DNA from: Eledone cirrhosa
Taxonomy: Eukaryota
Reading direction: 5' to 3'
Length of the DNA: 64,000 bases
Assembly: GCA_964016885.1 (NCBI GenBank)
Contig: OZ024756.1
Span: 20,956,001 to 21,020,000 of the forward strand
The notes below the pieces were generated by a model. That model was not told where the DNA came from and ran no database searches. It was given only the letters and a program-made list of their open reading frames with translations. This document shows positions 1 through 13,023 of this stretch, piece after piece (within the stretch, counting starts at the first letter, position 1; each line of letters starts with the position of its first letter). The position numbers were made by a program, and so were the translations under genes.

Positions 1-412
1 GGGGAGATAATGAGTGTTTCAAATTAATTTAATGACATCAGCAGCAGTTAGTCTTTTGTTATATGGAACTTTAAGAGTGTTTTGGTTACAGTACAGTGTC
101 CAGAATTAAAGTTTAACTAAGTGTGACTACATTCCATTGGAGATTTTGGGAGTTGTATGTATGGGTGAAGGTGAGAGGGTGGAATGAAACGGGAGGGAAT
201 GTCAACAGCAAAGTACTGGAATCTCACAAAGCATTACTAAAGGCTTGGTGGCGGAATTAGAGCGTGACCATGATGGTATTTCCTTTGGATATGAATTTAA
301 GTTAACTCTTTATTACATGAAAAGTACAAAACAACACCATGATTGCATTACATTCAAAATTGAAGTATTTACTTTAGTTTACTTCAAATTAAATACTTCT
401 TTCTTCTTTTCT

Positions 413-630
413 TAAACCCCTTAACCATATCCGACCAGAATTCTCTCACCTTTTTTTGTCCAAATCGGCTGAAACTGGCCACTCATACTGATTTTAGGGT
501 ATTGTTCTCAAAGTGAATATCATCAAAATCTTGTAGACTCAAGATTTTGTGAGATAATTATGTGAGATAAAGCCTTTACTGTGAAAATACAATAGTATAT
601 ATAGAGTAATATAAATGCTAAAGGGTTGAA
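413..630 (-). mobile_element. Non-autonomous TTAA/CCCTT-ended (piggyBac-like) MITE family copy
   Basis: Its reverse complement matches the elements at 8764-8970 and 12341-12455 (aaaggcttta-ctcacataattat, gagaacaatacc, ggtgagagaattctgg). Ends ...aaagggttga. Confidence 0.5.
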
Positions 631-1084
631 CACACACACACACACGCAAATATATATATATGCACACACACACACACACACACATATATATACACACAAA
701 TACATATCCACATTTGATGCACTGAGTTGACTGATTCTGTGTGAATGTGTATATAAATATACACACACAATACACACACAATACCAGACATAAACCATAA
801 CCAATAATAATAATAACACTATTCACCCCCTGCCACTTCACACTAACAAACATACCACTCCTCTCTAACATAAGAACTACAACAATGGCTCTATTTTCCT
901 GCTCTTTACCTTCTTCCATACTTACAACAACAACAACAACAACCAGCAATAACAGTTTGTATTCCCTCTTCTCTCCCTCATCACAATCTCTAGCACTGGA
1001 CAACAATACTATTACAACAGCCATCACTAGCAATCGAGTATGACATAGTAGTGTTTATTATGCTTTCCCTAAACATTGTAGGCA

Positions 1085-1560
1085 CCCATCTGGCTGGTTG
1101 TTAACAGGCACAGATACAGGCACCCTCTTGAGCCCCCCTCTTGCTAAATATAGCAGGACATCCAGGATGTGAAAGCTAGAACAAGAGAGAGAAAAAGAGA
1201 GGGCTGCCTCAGCACTTGGCTGGTATTTTCTTTATAGGCCCCTAAAATGATGAAAAGCAAAGGGGCCCTCAGCAGACACAGACACTACCTTGACTCTCCC
1301 ATCTTTGATTGGGTAGACCATCCAGAATGTGACAACTGGAATGAGAGAGAAAGGGCTGCCCCAGCACTGAGCTGGTATTTTCTTTATAGACCCCCTAAAA
1401 TGACGAAAGGCAATGGGACCCTTAGCAGGCACAGACACTACCTTGATTCTCCCATTATTGATTTAGCAGACCATCCAGGATGTGACAGCTGGAATGAGAG
1501 GTGGGGGAGGATGATCCAGTACTGGGCTGGTACTTTCTTTATCGTTCCTGAAAGAATGAA
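1085..1560. repeat. About 155-bp tandem repeat, ~3 diverged copies, containing a SINE-core fragment
   Basis: catccag recurs at ~1160, 1319 and 1473. Each unit has ctggtattttctttata...gatgaaaagcaaag, resembling the antisense SINE core seen at 41.6-42.2 kb. Confidence 0.75.
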
Positions 1561-1707
1561 GGGCTAAGTGGAGCTTCGTAGGATTTGAACACATACCCAA
1601 CACCCAACACACTAACAATTCTACCAAATTGTCCGCTTTCACTGTACAACAACATCAATAATAAAAAAAACATATTTCTATTTTATTTTTCACACACAAC
1701 ATAGACA

Positions 1708-2255
1708 AAGCAGCCAAATCTCCCTCAATTCACACCCCACTGTCTTAAATAGCAGATAAATCTCCCCCAATTCACACACAACTATCTTAAATAGCAGCTA
1801 AATCTCCCCCAATTCACACACAACTATCTTAAATAGCAGCTAAATCTCCCTCAATCCATACCCCACTATCTTAAATAGCAGCTAAATCTCCCTCAATCCA
1901 CACCCTACTATCTTAAATAGCAGCTAAATCTCCCTCAATCCACACCCTACTGTCTTAAATAGCAGCTAAATCTCCCTCAATCCACACCCTACTGTCTTAA
2001 ATAGCAGCTAAATCTCCCTCAATCCACACCCTACTGTCTTAAATAGCAGCTAAATCTCCCTCAATCCACACCCTACTGTCTTAAATAGCAGCTAAATCTC
2101 CCTCAATCCACACCCAACTGTCTTAAATAGCAGCTAAATCTCCCTCAATCCACACCCTACTGTCTTAAATAGCAGCTAAATCTCCCTCAATCCACACCCT
2201 ACTGTCTTAAATAGCAGCTAAATCTCCCTCAATCCACACCCTACTGTCTTAAATA
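1708..2255. repeat. 42-bp minisatellite, ~13 copies (aaatagcagctaaatctccctcaatccacaccctactgtctt)
   Basis: Period of 42 read directly (units at 2041 and 2083). The unit derives from an interspersed repeat whose pieces recur at ~10350-10420, 53930-54220 and 59360-59425. Confidence 0.95.
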
Positions 2256-2409
2256 AAAGGCTGTATTGGATAAATAACCCTAAATTTGTTTCCTGTTCAT
2301 AGGAAAAATATAGGATGGTCATGGCTGGAATGCTTTTGATCATTTGTCTGCTCAATCATGGCTGACCCAGGGTTAAACAACAAGAGACAAGAATATTATA
2401 ATCACCTCT

Positions 2410-3460
2410 TCCCAACTCACACACACCTCACCAACACCCAGATGACAACAACAACACTATCCGCACCCCTCTCCTTCCCCCACCAACACCCAGACAACAA
2501 CAACAACACTGTCCCCACCCCTCTCCTTCCCCCACCAACACCCAGACAACAACAACAACACTATTGCCACCCCTCTCCTTCCCCCACCAACACCCAGACA
2601 ACAACAACAACACTGTCCCCACCCCTCTCCTTCCCCCACCAACACCCAGACAACAACAACAACACTGTCCCCACCCCTCTCCTTCCCCCACCAACACCCA
2701 GACAACAACAACAACACTATTGCCACCCCTCTCCTTCCCCCACCAACACCCAGACAACAACAACAACACTGTCCCCACCCCTCTCCTTCCCCCACCAACA
2801 CCCAGACAACAACAACAACACTGTCCCCACCCCTCTCCTTCCCCCACCAACACCCAGACAACAACAACAACAACACTGTCCCCACCCCTCTCCTTCCCCC
2901 ACCAACACCCAGACAACAACAACAACAACACTGTCCCCACCCCTCTCCTTCCCCCACCAACACCCAGACAACAACAACAACACTGTCCCCACCCCTCTCC
3001 TTCCCCCACCAACACCCAGACAACAACAACAACAACACTGTCCCCACCCCTCTTCTTCCCCCACCAACACCCAGACAACAACAACAACACTGTCCCCACC
3101 CCTCTTCTTCCCCCACCAACACCCCAGACAACAACAACAACACTGTCCCCACCCCTCTCTTTCCCCCATCAACACCCAGACAACACTACCCCCCCCCCCC
3201 CCCCCCCCCAACACCCAGACAACACTACCCCCTCCAACACCCAGACAACACTACCCCCCCCTCTCCAACACCCAGACAACACTACCCCCCTCCAACACCC
3301 AGACAACACTACCCCCCTCCAACACCCAGACAACACTACCCCCCTCCAACACCCAGACAACACTACCCCCCTCCAACACCCAGACAACACTACCCCCCCT
3401 CTCCAACACCCAGACAACACTACCCCCCTCCAACACCCAGACAACACTAACCCCCCCAGA
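2410..3460. repeat. 52-55-bp minisatellite grading into a 27-bp subunit array
   Basis: The unit cacccctctccttcccccaccaacacccagacaacaacaacaacactgtccc starts at 2464, 2516, 2568 and 2620. From ~3200 the unit is ccccctccaacacccagacaacactac. Confidence 0.95.
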
Positions 3461-3536
3461 CAAACCCCCCCCCCCTCCCCCACCCCACCCAGACAACAAC
3501 CCAAAGAAACCAGATATGTATAAAAAACAAAGAAAT

Positions 3537-3945
3537 CACTGCCGCCACCATCACAAGTATCATCATCATCATCATCACCACTACCATAACCACCACCATC
3601 ACCAACATCACTATCGTTACCACCACTACCACCACCATTACCACCACTACCACAAGTATCAGCACCATCACTACCATCACCACCACTACCACCACCATCA
3701 CTACCATTACCACCACTACCACCACCATTACCACCACTACCACAAGTATCACCACCATCACTACCATCACCACCACTACCACCACCATCACTACCATTAC
3801 CACCACTACCACTACCATCACCACCATCACCACCACCATCATCACCATTACCACCACCATTACCACCACCATTACCACCACCATCACCACCATTACCCCC
3901 ACCATCACCACCATTACCACCACCATCACCACCATTACCACCACT
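3537..3945. repeat. (CAC/CAT/TAC)n trinucleotide array
   Basis: Read directly; source of the poly-His ORF. Confidence 0.95.
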
Positions 3946-4750
3946 AGCCTCCCCAACTCTGGCGCTAACCGAGGCGGCCTGTCAACAGCTGCTTTTGTCA
4001 GGGCCAATATTTTATCCTTAGGACAAGTGCTCATCCCAAGTGTGCCCAAGGACACCACACCCTCTGCTCTCAGGTGCCCTCAATCCTGAAGCCAGCACAA
4101 AGTGTTTACGTGACCACATAAACACCAAACTAATCAAGGGTAATGTCTCAGCCGCAGTCAGAGTGGTCACCTTGGAAGACTCTGTTCCCCACCCCACGGA
4201 GGAGATCCTGGTTGCTCTTCGGCTTAACCATCCTGAGCCACCTGCAGACACCAGACCCAAACCCCCAGCTGATCCTCACCTGCTATTTGTGGCATCAAAC
4301 ACAGACATCATGCCTGCCATTAAGTCCTTCCCTGCCAGCAGCAGTGGAGGTACTGATGGTCTCTGACTTGGCCTCAGTGTTGCTATCCTCCCTACCAGCC
4401 GAAGTCGAGCGCTGCCTTCTTAGTGCAGTTGTGGCACTCATCATCAGGTTCATCAATGGTGCCCTGTACCCTTACACCCAAGGCCTCTCCTTTTTGGCCA
4501 GCTTGACCGCTCTCAGGAAGAAAGAGGGTGGCATATGCCCCATTGTTGTGGGCAATGTCTTCCGGAGGCTGGCTGCTAAGGTGGTCTGCAGGTCCATCAC
4601 ACCTGAACTAGGCGGGTCCATCAGCCCAGTGCAACTAGGTGTCGGCATGTCAGGTGGGTGTGAGGGGGAGCTAGGCAGTTCTTTGACAGCTGCTCACCAG
4701 AACTGGTGTCAAGGGATGCCTGAGTCCTCATTGTCAAGCTTTACATGAAA
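3946..4750 (+). mobile_element. Decayed CRE-clade (RLE-type) non-LTR retrotransposon, RT N-terminal region
   Basis: Frameshifted translation: KGNVSAAVR, AIKSFPASSSGGTDGL, ASLTALRKKEGGICPIVVGNVFRRLAAK, PVQLGVGMSGGCE, LIVKLYMK. These match CRE-type RT subdomains 0-3. It is cut off by a SINE at ~4755. Confidence 0.85.
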
Positions 4751-4754
4751 AGGA

Positions 4755-4966
4755 ACGATCGACTTTCGTCAAATCAGACTGAGGAAACAATGTTTCCGTT
4801 GGTCTTTCCAATTGCTAATACTATCTATTGGTCGCAACTCCAGGCAGAAAGAGCAACATGAAATAAAGTGTCTTGCTCAAGGACTTAACGCATCGCCTGG
4901 TCCGGGAATCAAACTCACAACCTCACGATTGTGAATGCAATTCTCTAACCACTCAGCCACACGCCT
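4755..4966 (-). mobile_element. tRNA-derived CORE-type SINE
   Basis: Antisense reads ggcgtgtggctgagtggttagag (A box), gagtttgattccc (B box), gtccttgagcaagacactttatttca. A closely similar copy lies at 33965-34175. Confidence 0.8.
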
Positions 4967-5099
4967 TCACAAAGGCAGGAGGAATGCATTTAACTGCCGA
5001 CAACATGACCATCTGCTTGAGGCTTGCCTCAGCTGAGCCCCCTCTGCTTAGCTGCTGGCCTGTCATATGGAGCCCAGAGCATGCTACTATCACTATTCC

Positions 5100-5861
5100 T
5101 GCCCCCTTGACCACCAACACCACCACAGACACTACAGTCAGCCCCACTCCCTTCACCACCACTACTTATTCATCAACAACCACCAGTATCATAACATTTT
5201 CTCCCCACCACCAACAGAACCACCATCACAACCACCAACACTACCACAACGGCCACTACAATCAGTCCCTCCGACCACCACCACCACCAACACAACCACC
5301 AGCACCAGCACCACCACCAGCACCACCACCAACACAACCACCACCACCACTACCAGCACCACCACCACCAGCACCACGACCAACACAACCACCAACACCA
5401 CCACAACAGCCACTACAATCAGCCCCTCCGACCACCACCACCAACACAACCACCAGCACCACCACCACTACCAGCACCAGCACCACCAGCACCACCACCA
5501 ACACAACCACCACCACCACCATAACAGCCACTACAATCAGTCCCTCCGACCACCACCTCCACCAACACAACCACCAGCACCACCACCACTACCAGCACCA
5601 CCACCAGCACCACCACCAACACAACCACCAGCACCAGCACCACCACCAACACAACCACCAGCACCACCACCAACACCACTACCAACACAACCACCAGCAC
5701 ATCCACCAACACAACCACCAGCATCACCAGCACCACCACCAACACAACCACCAGCACCACCACCAGCATCACCACCACCACCACCAACACAACCACCAGC
5801 ACCACCACAACAGCCACTACAATCAGCCCCTCTGACCACCACCACCACCACCAACACAACC

Positions 5862-5892
<31 letters not shown>

Positions 5893-6345
5893 CCACCAAC
5901 ACAACCACCAGCACATCCACCAACACAACCACCACCACCACCACCACCACCACCACCACCACCACCAACACATCCACCAACACAACCACCACCACCACCA
6001 CCACCACCACCACCACCACCACCACCACCAACACCACCACCACCAACACAACCACCAGCACCACCACCAACACAACCACCAGCACCACCACCAGCATCAC
6101 CACCACCAACACAACCACCAGCACCACCACAACAGCCACTACAATCAGCCCCTCCGACCACCACCACCACCAACACAACCACCAGCAGCAGCACCACCAC
6201 CACCACCACCACCACCAACACAACCACCAGCACATCCACCAACACAACCACCAGCACCGCCACCAGCATCACCACCACTACCAGCACCACCACCACCAGC
6301 ACCACCACAACAGCCACTACAATCACCCCCCCCTCCTACAACCAC
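5100..6345. repeat. Compound (CCA)n/(CCAGCA)n array with a recurring acagccactacaatcagccctcc higher-order motif
   Basis: Read directly; the motif recurs at ~5250, 5407, 5524, 5811, 6133 and 6311. Confidence 0.93.
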
Positions 6346-7689
6346 CACTTTATTCAACGAAGACCAGGTTCCAATATCACAAACACCCTCCTAACATTTT
6401 TGTTAAAAATGTCAAAAGCTTAACAGAAAGAATCTCAACAAATCTAGGCTAACTACAAAAGAGTTCTGTATGTATTATTTAGGTGGGTCTCTCTCCAAAA
6501 TGTTAATGGAATCTCAGCAACAAATTAGTATTATTAAAGCCTATAATAATACTAATTTCATTAAGTAATTAGTGTTATTAATGCCAACCACGTATCTTTG
6601 CTCTGTTGGCGTCTGTTAGACAGTATTATGATCTGTTTCTGGTAGTTTCTCACATAAAGATTAGTTGCATTAGATGATTTCAACATATGAGTATGTCTAC
6701 ATTTCCCACACATACAGTCTCTTTCTCTGTCTATCTGTCCGCCTGTCTGCCTTTCTCCTTTTCCCTCTCTATCTCTCTATGTATGTGCATTTATATATAT
6801 ATATATTAAAGAAGAAATTAAAAGATGGTTAAAATAAATATATATATATATATATAAAGATTGGAAGTGAGTAAAATCGAAGTTGCGGCATTCAGCCAGC
6901 ATCCACAAAAAGACAATATTCGGAAGCTTTGCATGAAGCACTCAATAAGAAGGCATCGATAAATCGATAGGTTTCACCTTAGAGTAATAAACATATGTTA
7001 AATGATGTGACAAATTGAAAACTGTGGTTAAGAGGACAAAGCCACAGAAGCCACCACAACAATGAAAATACAATCAGGTTAAATAACAAACCTGAACTGT
7101 ATCGAAAGATATTATACAATATCCTCGATTGGTTTCTGTGAATCTTAAATCAATAATCCAACTTGCGCAATATGCAAGTCTGTACCGTTTGAAGATCGAA
7201 CGCAGACTCACGTTTTCAACAGGTTTCCGTTCTGTGCCTAGAACTCAGTGTGAAGCGTCGCAGTTAATGACTGTAGTATCACTCACTGCGGCGCTGTCAT
7301 GTGTTCTTTCTCAAGGAAAGAGGAAGAATCACATCCGGGTTTTTGGCAGGCAAATTTAAAGTGTGAACAAAAGAATTAACTCCGTTCAACATTTACTGAA
7401 TTCGAGCTCTCAACCAGGTTATTAAACAAACACAAATAATTAATCAATCAATAAAATCAACTAATTAAATTAATTAATTAATTATTAAGGCTATATATAT
7501 ATAAATAAAGAGAGAGAGAGAATAACTAATGCAAAGTTACTGAACGGGTAGAGTGCTAGTAAAACCAACTAATACAAGGCAACTTCACTTGTTTCTTTAC
7601 CCTGTATATTAGTGACAAATAAACTTCTGCATGATATATATATAAACTGTCTCTCTGGTTGAGAATAGGTATACTGTATCTCTATCATA

Positions 7690-8630
7690 AGAAGCCATTA
7701 AAATATCTGCATGAGAATGATGAAGTTTGTTATAAGGCCCACAAGGCCAATCCCCTGGCTTAGCAGGGAATATGTCCTTATAATGCTTAAATTTACTTTT
7801 GAGACCTTTCAATTGTACATCTTGCTTCCACATCTGGAATTTCTTCTTTAAAACTTCCCTAGATTCATCTATTAATTTCAGGTCATCAGCATATACATAT
7901 AGGAGTTCCCATGGCCAGCCTGTCATAAACTCCTCTGTTATGACCTGGAGTAGAGTCACAGCCAGTCTTAAACTCTGTTATGACTAGGAGAACTATCATA
8001 AACAGGAGTGGAGTCACAGTCAGTCTTAAACTTCTCTGTTATGACCAGGAGAACTCTAACAAACAGGAGTGGAGTCACAGAAGCAATCCTTGATCAAAGT
8101 TCACCTGTAGTTTGAGTTTCTCTCTAAATTCATGCTTACTCTCACTTTGATGGTAACGCCTGTTCATGGCTTTCATTGTTTTCAGGAGACATTCCTCCAC
8201 CCTGAAATTTCCTTAAAGACCCCCTGACATTCTATCAAAGGCCTACTTCAGATAAAAGAAAGCTAAATATAGGGGCTTACATTTATCTAGGAACTTCTAT
8301 TGTAGTTGGTAGTTGTCTCACTAAGAAGAAGGCATCTGATCTAATCTGATTCCTTTCCTAAATAGTTGTGCTTCCACTTTCATAACTTCAACCATCAGTT
8401 TAATGCTGCTGTAGTCTCTTCTTTCTAGAGAATCACATTATAGTAATTAATGATTATACTGATATGCCAGTTATTGGATATGATGCTATCATGTATTATG
8501 TGGTTGAAGATAGCAGCATCTAGCTTGAGCCTTACTTTGCTGGAGGATATTTTTAGCATCTGAGCAACTACCTCTAATGGTCTGGCAGCTTTTCCTGTTT
8601 TTATATATCTGATGGCCTCTTTAACCATAT
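7690..8630 (-). mobile_element. Decayed RTE-like LINE RT fragment with a small internal tandem duplication and a SINE piece at its edge
   Basis: KEAIRYIKTGKAARPLEVVAQMLK and EEFMTGWPWELLYVYADDLKLIDES..KKFQMWKQ..LKGLK (YADD motif). Contains stops and frameshifts. Confidence 0.85.
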
Positions 8631-8763
8631 GATCTTGAGCAAAACATTTTATTTCACATTGCTCCAGTATAATCAGCTGAGAGTGAGTACCAGCAGTAGC
8701 AGGAGAGTTAATCCTGCAGTAGACTAGCATCCTATCCAAGGAGAGTCTTGTACTCTTATTCAC

Positions 8764-8970
8764 TTAACCCTTTATCTACTATTATATTTTCACAGAAAAG
8801 GCTTTACCTCACATAATTATCCCATATAATATTGAATCTATGAGGTTTTGATATTATTTATTTTGAGAACAATACCTTAACATTAGTATGAGCAGCCGGT
8901 TATAACTGGTTTGAACAGAAAGAGGTGAGAGAATTCTGGCCAGATACGGCTGGTTTAAATGCCAAGGAAA
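8764..8970 (+). mobile_element. piggyBac-like MITE family copy
   Basis: Begins ttaaccctt and shares its internal sequence with 413-630 and 12341-12455. Confidence 0.5.
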
Positions 8971-9349
8971 CCGGGGATAAGCACTGGCATGATGAGCATT
9001 TGGCTTAGAACAGACTTTAACTAAATTTGACCATATAACAGTCAATCTGGTTGATAGCTGGCTGCTCTGTTAGATTTCTGAATTCATTTATGTCCCATCA
9101 TTTATGTATGTACCTTGATATACATCCATCCTGAACATGCAACACTCCATTTCTTTACATGCCCTTGCAAATCCTCTGCATTCAAGGCCCATGTCTTCTT
9201 ACAGTTTGTATGCAAAAATTATACAATCTTTCCTTCACTCTAAGAGATTTAAACCTTTACTTGCAAGTAACATCATCATCATTACAAATTAAAACTTTCA
9301 ATCAGTCTTTTTTATAATTAAATAGGTTTATTTACAATAGTTTATAACT

Positions 9350-9789
9350 TTGCCTATTAATCCGTGCAGGATTCTCCAAAACACAATAGAACCCTCTGTG
9401 TTCAGAGAACGTGAGGTCGCCTGTGAGACGTGGGACAGGCTGGGACTAAGCCTGGTAGATGTCCCTCCTCCTTCTCCCCATGCTGACGTCAAATCCCCCC
9501 AAAGTGTATGGGATGCATCCAGTGCAGTCTGGCCTCGGGCTCACGCGCCAGCTCGACCAGCACCGCCTTGCCTGTTTTCGCACGGCCTCCAAACCCCACA
9601 GTGGTGCCTGGCTCCATGCCTTGCACTCCTTCTCCACTGGTACGCAGCTGGATAACAATAGCTTGTGCATCAGCGTTTCCTTCAGGCTTGGACTCCGGAT
9701 CTGCGAGCCACGTAAATGTCGCTGTGGATCCACCGTGGACTCTTTCGGACTCCACCTGCTTTCCTGTCACCACAGTGCCGGCCGCCTTC

Positions 9790-9790
<1 letters not shown>
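9350..9790 (+). mobile_element. Decayed CRE-clade retrotransposon, C-terminal zinc-knuckle region
   Basis: QSVWDA...HSGAWLHAL..TGTQLDNNSLCISVSFRLGLRICEPRKCRCGSTVDSFGLHLLSCHHSAGR carries the CxC-x8-H-x3-C knuckle typical of CRE elements. It ends in (CA)n. Confidence 0.85.
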
Positions 9791-9820
<30 letters not shown>

Positions 9821-10543
9821 GTATGCGTGTGTGTATATTTTTACTCACACACACATCCATCATACATGCATAAATACATACACACATACACACATACATA
9901 TTACATAGAAATTCTTTCTGATGACATCATCAAAACAAAAAAGGACAATTGAAGACAGATACCATAGTAACCAAAACATCAACAATCCCCCCCTCAAAAA
10001 AAAAGAAAAAAAAAAAAAGAAATAACAAAACATAACTATAGTAACTAAAGATCTAACTGTTGCTATGATCAACAGTTTATTTACCATAGAATGTGCAAGA
10101 CTGGCTGAAGCATGCAATAAGGATTATATCCTATTTTCGTTTCTTTATTGGTCACAACATAAAAGGTAGTTTAACTTATTTAGCATAGATGTGTGTGTGT
10201 GTATGTGTGTATATGTATGTGTGAGTGGTGTTATTGTTGTTGCTGAGCTGTGGACACAGACATCTCATCTTATTTTCAGATAGTACATATCTAGAACTTT
10301 ATTATCTAATACATCCTTCCTTCATTGTTTTTACCTTTTTTTTTAGAAATGGTAGTATGTGTGATTTTACAGTGATTTGACTGCTGTTTATAGAAAGTCA
10401 AGTAACTGGAGCTGCCTTCATGTTTCTATATGGATAGTTGCATGTGTTTGCATATATGTGTGTGTGTGTGTGTGTGTATATATTTTGTGTCTTTACTGGA
10501 CCTTTTTTCTGTTTCTCCATTGTGATCCTGTCTCTATTTTGTA

Positions 10544-10577
10544 CTCTTGAAGAAGGGCTAAAGCCCGACACGTCGAG
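10544..10577 (+). ncRNA. Degenerate minimal hammerhead motif (family A)
   Basis: ctc-tTGAAGA-a-gggc taaa gccc-GAcAC-GTC-gag, with two core substitutions. Its downstream tail matches the antisense of ~30080-30155. Confidence 0.55.
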
Positions 10578-10679
10578 CTTTCTTTCCTCTTTCCAATATA
10601 AAGTGTGAAACTAATAAGACTTTTTGTACCTATGTTTGTTGTCTCCTTGAAATATATATATTCTTACTATATATATATA

Positions 10680-10751
<72 letters not shown>

Positions 10752-10823
10752 TATATATATGTACATATATATATATATTATTATTCAAAATATTAATAAA
10801 TGAAAAATATTCACATAAATATA

Positions 10824-10886
10824 TATTTTATTATACATATTTCAAAGGTAGAATGGTATTTAAGTACGTTTTCATCAGATAAAATA
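10824..10886 (-). ncRNA. Type-I hammerhead motif (family B)
   Basis: Minus strand: tattttat-CTGATGA-aaacgtac...taccttt-GAAA-t-atgt-a-TA-ataaaata, with an 8-bp stem I. Confidence 0.75.
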
Positions 10887-10969
10887 TGAGATTGGATATG
10901 CGACATACCACCAAGGTTTTGATTATTCAATTCCAATAGTGGCAGTGATTTATTTCACCAACCCTCAAC

Positions 10970-11026
<57 letters not shown>

Positions 11027-11215
11027 GTCGGATGACCAATTATCCTGTCTTGGGTCTATTATTTGTTACTGTCCTATGTTCACTGGAGTTAGTGATATCG
11101 ACCTTGATGCACAAAAACCCCCCAGAGGTCGACTGATGAGGGGAACTGTTTAGTGTATCCTCCATTTTTCTGTTGTCTTTGCCCACCTCTTTTAAAATTA
11201 TATATATATATATAT

Positions 11216-11360
11216 TGGAGGCACATGGCTTAGTGGTTAGAGCATTGGCCTTGCAATCGAAAGGTTGTGAGTTCAATTCTCAGACCGGGTGATGTGTTGT
11301 TTCCTTGAGCAAGACACTTTATTTCACATTGCTCCAGTTTACTCAGCTGTAGAAATGAGA
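11216..11360 (+). mobile_element. tRNA-derived CORE-type SINE
   Basis: ggaggcacatggcttagtggttagagc (A box), gagttcaattctc (B box), tccttgagcaagacactttatttcacattgctccagtttactcagctgtagaaatg. Confidence 0.82.
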
Positions 11361-11585
11361 TGATAGGACTGGGGTCTCTATCATTCCATTGCAAAGTGGT
11401 CGTGGAGGTGCCACGGCAAAAAAGCACCCTCACTGTAAATGAGGTTGGTGTTAGGAAGGGCATCCAGCTGTAGAAATCCAGCCAGAATCAGTTCCCGTCC
11501 CACCCTTGCAAGCAGGGAAAAAGCGGACGTGAAATGAAATGAATGATGAATGATAATATATAATATATAAATATATATAATATAT

Positions 11586-11800
11586 ATATATATATCATAT
11601 ATAATAGAACACTGGAGGGTTATATTTGTAGCAGTAGACCATTCAGTCCATGGGATGAGTTTGGTAGAAGTAGTTCCACAACAGTTAGTTCACCATACTG
11701 AGAACTGTTTCACCTTATGCAGATCATCAGCTCGGTCTGATGATCTGCATAAGGTGAAAGATTTGTTCTCAGTATGGTGAACTAACTGTTGTGGAACTAC
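11586..11800. mobile_element. Fold-back hammerhead element (family D) between TA-rich tracts
   Basis: Arms 11670-11730 and 11737-11800. Minus strand: gag-CTGATGA-tctgcataaggt-GAAAC-a-GTT-ctc. Homologous copy at 41246-41381. Confidence 0.75.
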
Positions 11801-11865
11801 TATATATATATCCACATGTGGTTGAAGGCTGAGAGAAAAGAGTACTCATTATTGAAGTAGAGTTT

Positions 11866-12026
11866 TAATATTCATTTTATTAAGTCATGTTACTCTGGAA
11901 TTTCACCTGTTTACCACAGGGTCATCAGTTAGGTCATCTTAATCCTTATTTGTTGACCCTGTGATAAACAGGTGAAACACCAGAGTATCAAGACTCACTA
12001 TTTAGCCTTAATAAAATGAATTTATT
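11866..12026. mobile_element. Imperfect fold-back element with hammerhead core (family E)
   Basis: Minus strand CTGATGA-ccctgtggtaaacaggt-GAAA at 11901-11928, mirrored by ttgaccctgtgataaacaggtgaaac at ~11953-11978. Both arms end in ttaataaaatgaat. Confidence 0.65.
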
Positions 12027-12340
12027 AAATTATAAAAATTGCTTTTATATATGTACTAGCAGAACACTTGGTGTTGTCCCATCTCAAAAGTAGTTGTACC
12101 CCAAAATTCTTAATGAAGGCATGTTCTGTTTCATTGGTTTTAAATGTTGTGTGTGTATGTGTAGCTATTTCAATAAACTGGTAAAGATCAGCAATGGGAA
12201 GGCCAATTGAAACATTGTTTCTTTGGTCTGATTTGATGAGTTCCACCCCACTTGGTACACGAATGAGGTCTGGGATATTTTGATTCATTCAATCAATCGC
12301 TATAATAAACTTGAGGACATGTTAAAAGATTTATAGACAT

Positions 12341-12455
12341 TAACCCTTTATATATTAACTATTGTATTTTTGTGGTAAAGGCTTTACCTCACAAAATATC
12401 AAATCTAAGAGATTTTGATGATATTTATTTGAGAACAATACCTTAACGTTGGTAT
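12341..12455 (+). mobile_element. piggyBac-like MITE family copy, truncated by the assembly gap
   Basis: ttaaccctttt start; aaaggctttacctcac...gagaacaataccttaac shared with the 8764 copy. Confidence 0.5.
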
Positions 12456-12655
12456 NNNNNNNNNNNNNNNNNNNNNNNNNNNNNNNNNNNNNNNNNNNNN
12501 NNNNNNNNNNNNNNNNNNNNNNNNNNNNNNNNNNNNNNNNNNNNNNNNNNNNNNNNNNNNNNNNNNNNNNNNNNNNNNNNNNNNNNNNNNNNNNNNNNNN
12601 NNNNNNNNNNNNNNNNNNNNNNNNNNNNNNNNNNNNNNNNNNNNNNNNNNNNNNN
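12456..12655. other. Assembly gap (200 N)
   Basis: Run of N. Confidence 1.
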
Positions 12656-12777
12656 GATCACTCTAGATGGTCTCTGCATTTTGGTTCCTGAGGTTTCCCA
12701 AGCACCATCCACAGGACTTTAACGGAAAAGTTGCAATATCGGAAGGAGACCTTACTTTTGGGATTGTACTCGTGTGA

Positions 12778-12817
<40 letters not shown>

Positions 12818-12962
12818 GCTTGTATAGCAATAGCACACGCAAGCTGAAAGCCGCTTGGCGTCGGGTTTGGGACTTTACATATCTCTATACCCGCTCCGCA
12901 TCTCTCCATGCATTGAGTACTGTCATGATTAGTGGTCTCCTCGGTCTCAGAACCGCAAACAC

Positions 12963-13023
<61 letters not shown>

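Noticed and set aside
1708-2255. CRISPR-like regular repeat
   Set aside because: There are no unique spacers; it is a contiguous tandem minisatellite in eukaryotic DNA.
2358-6452. Pro/Thr/His-rich 'mucin/extensin-like' ORFs
   Set aside because: The repeat unit lengths (e.g. 52 bp) are not multiples of 3, multiple frames on both strands are open, and I saw no splice or signal features. This is simple-repeat DNA.
11216-11290. tRNA gene
   Set aside because: A and B boxes are present, but the sequence continues into a SINE core and is repeated elsewhere, so it is a SINE head.
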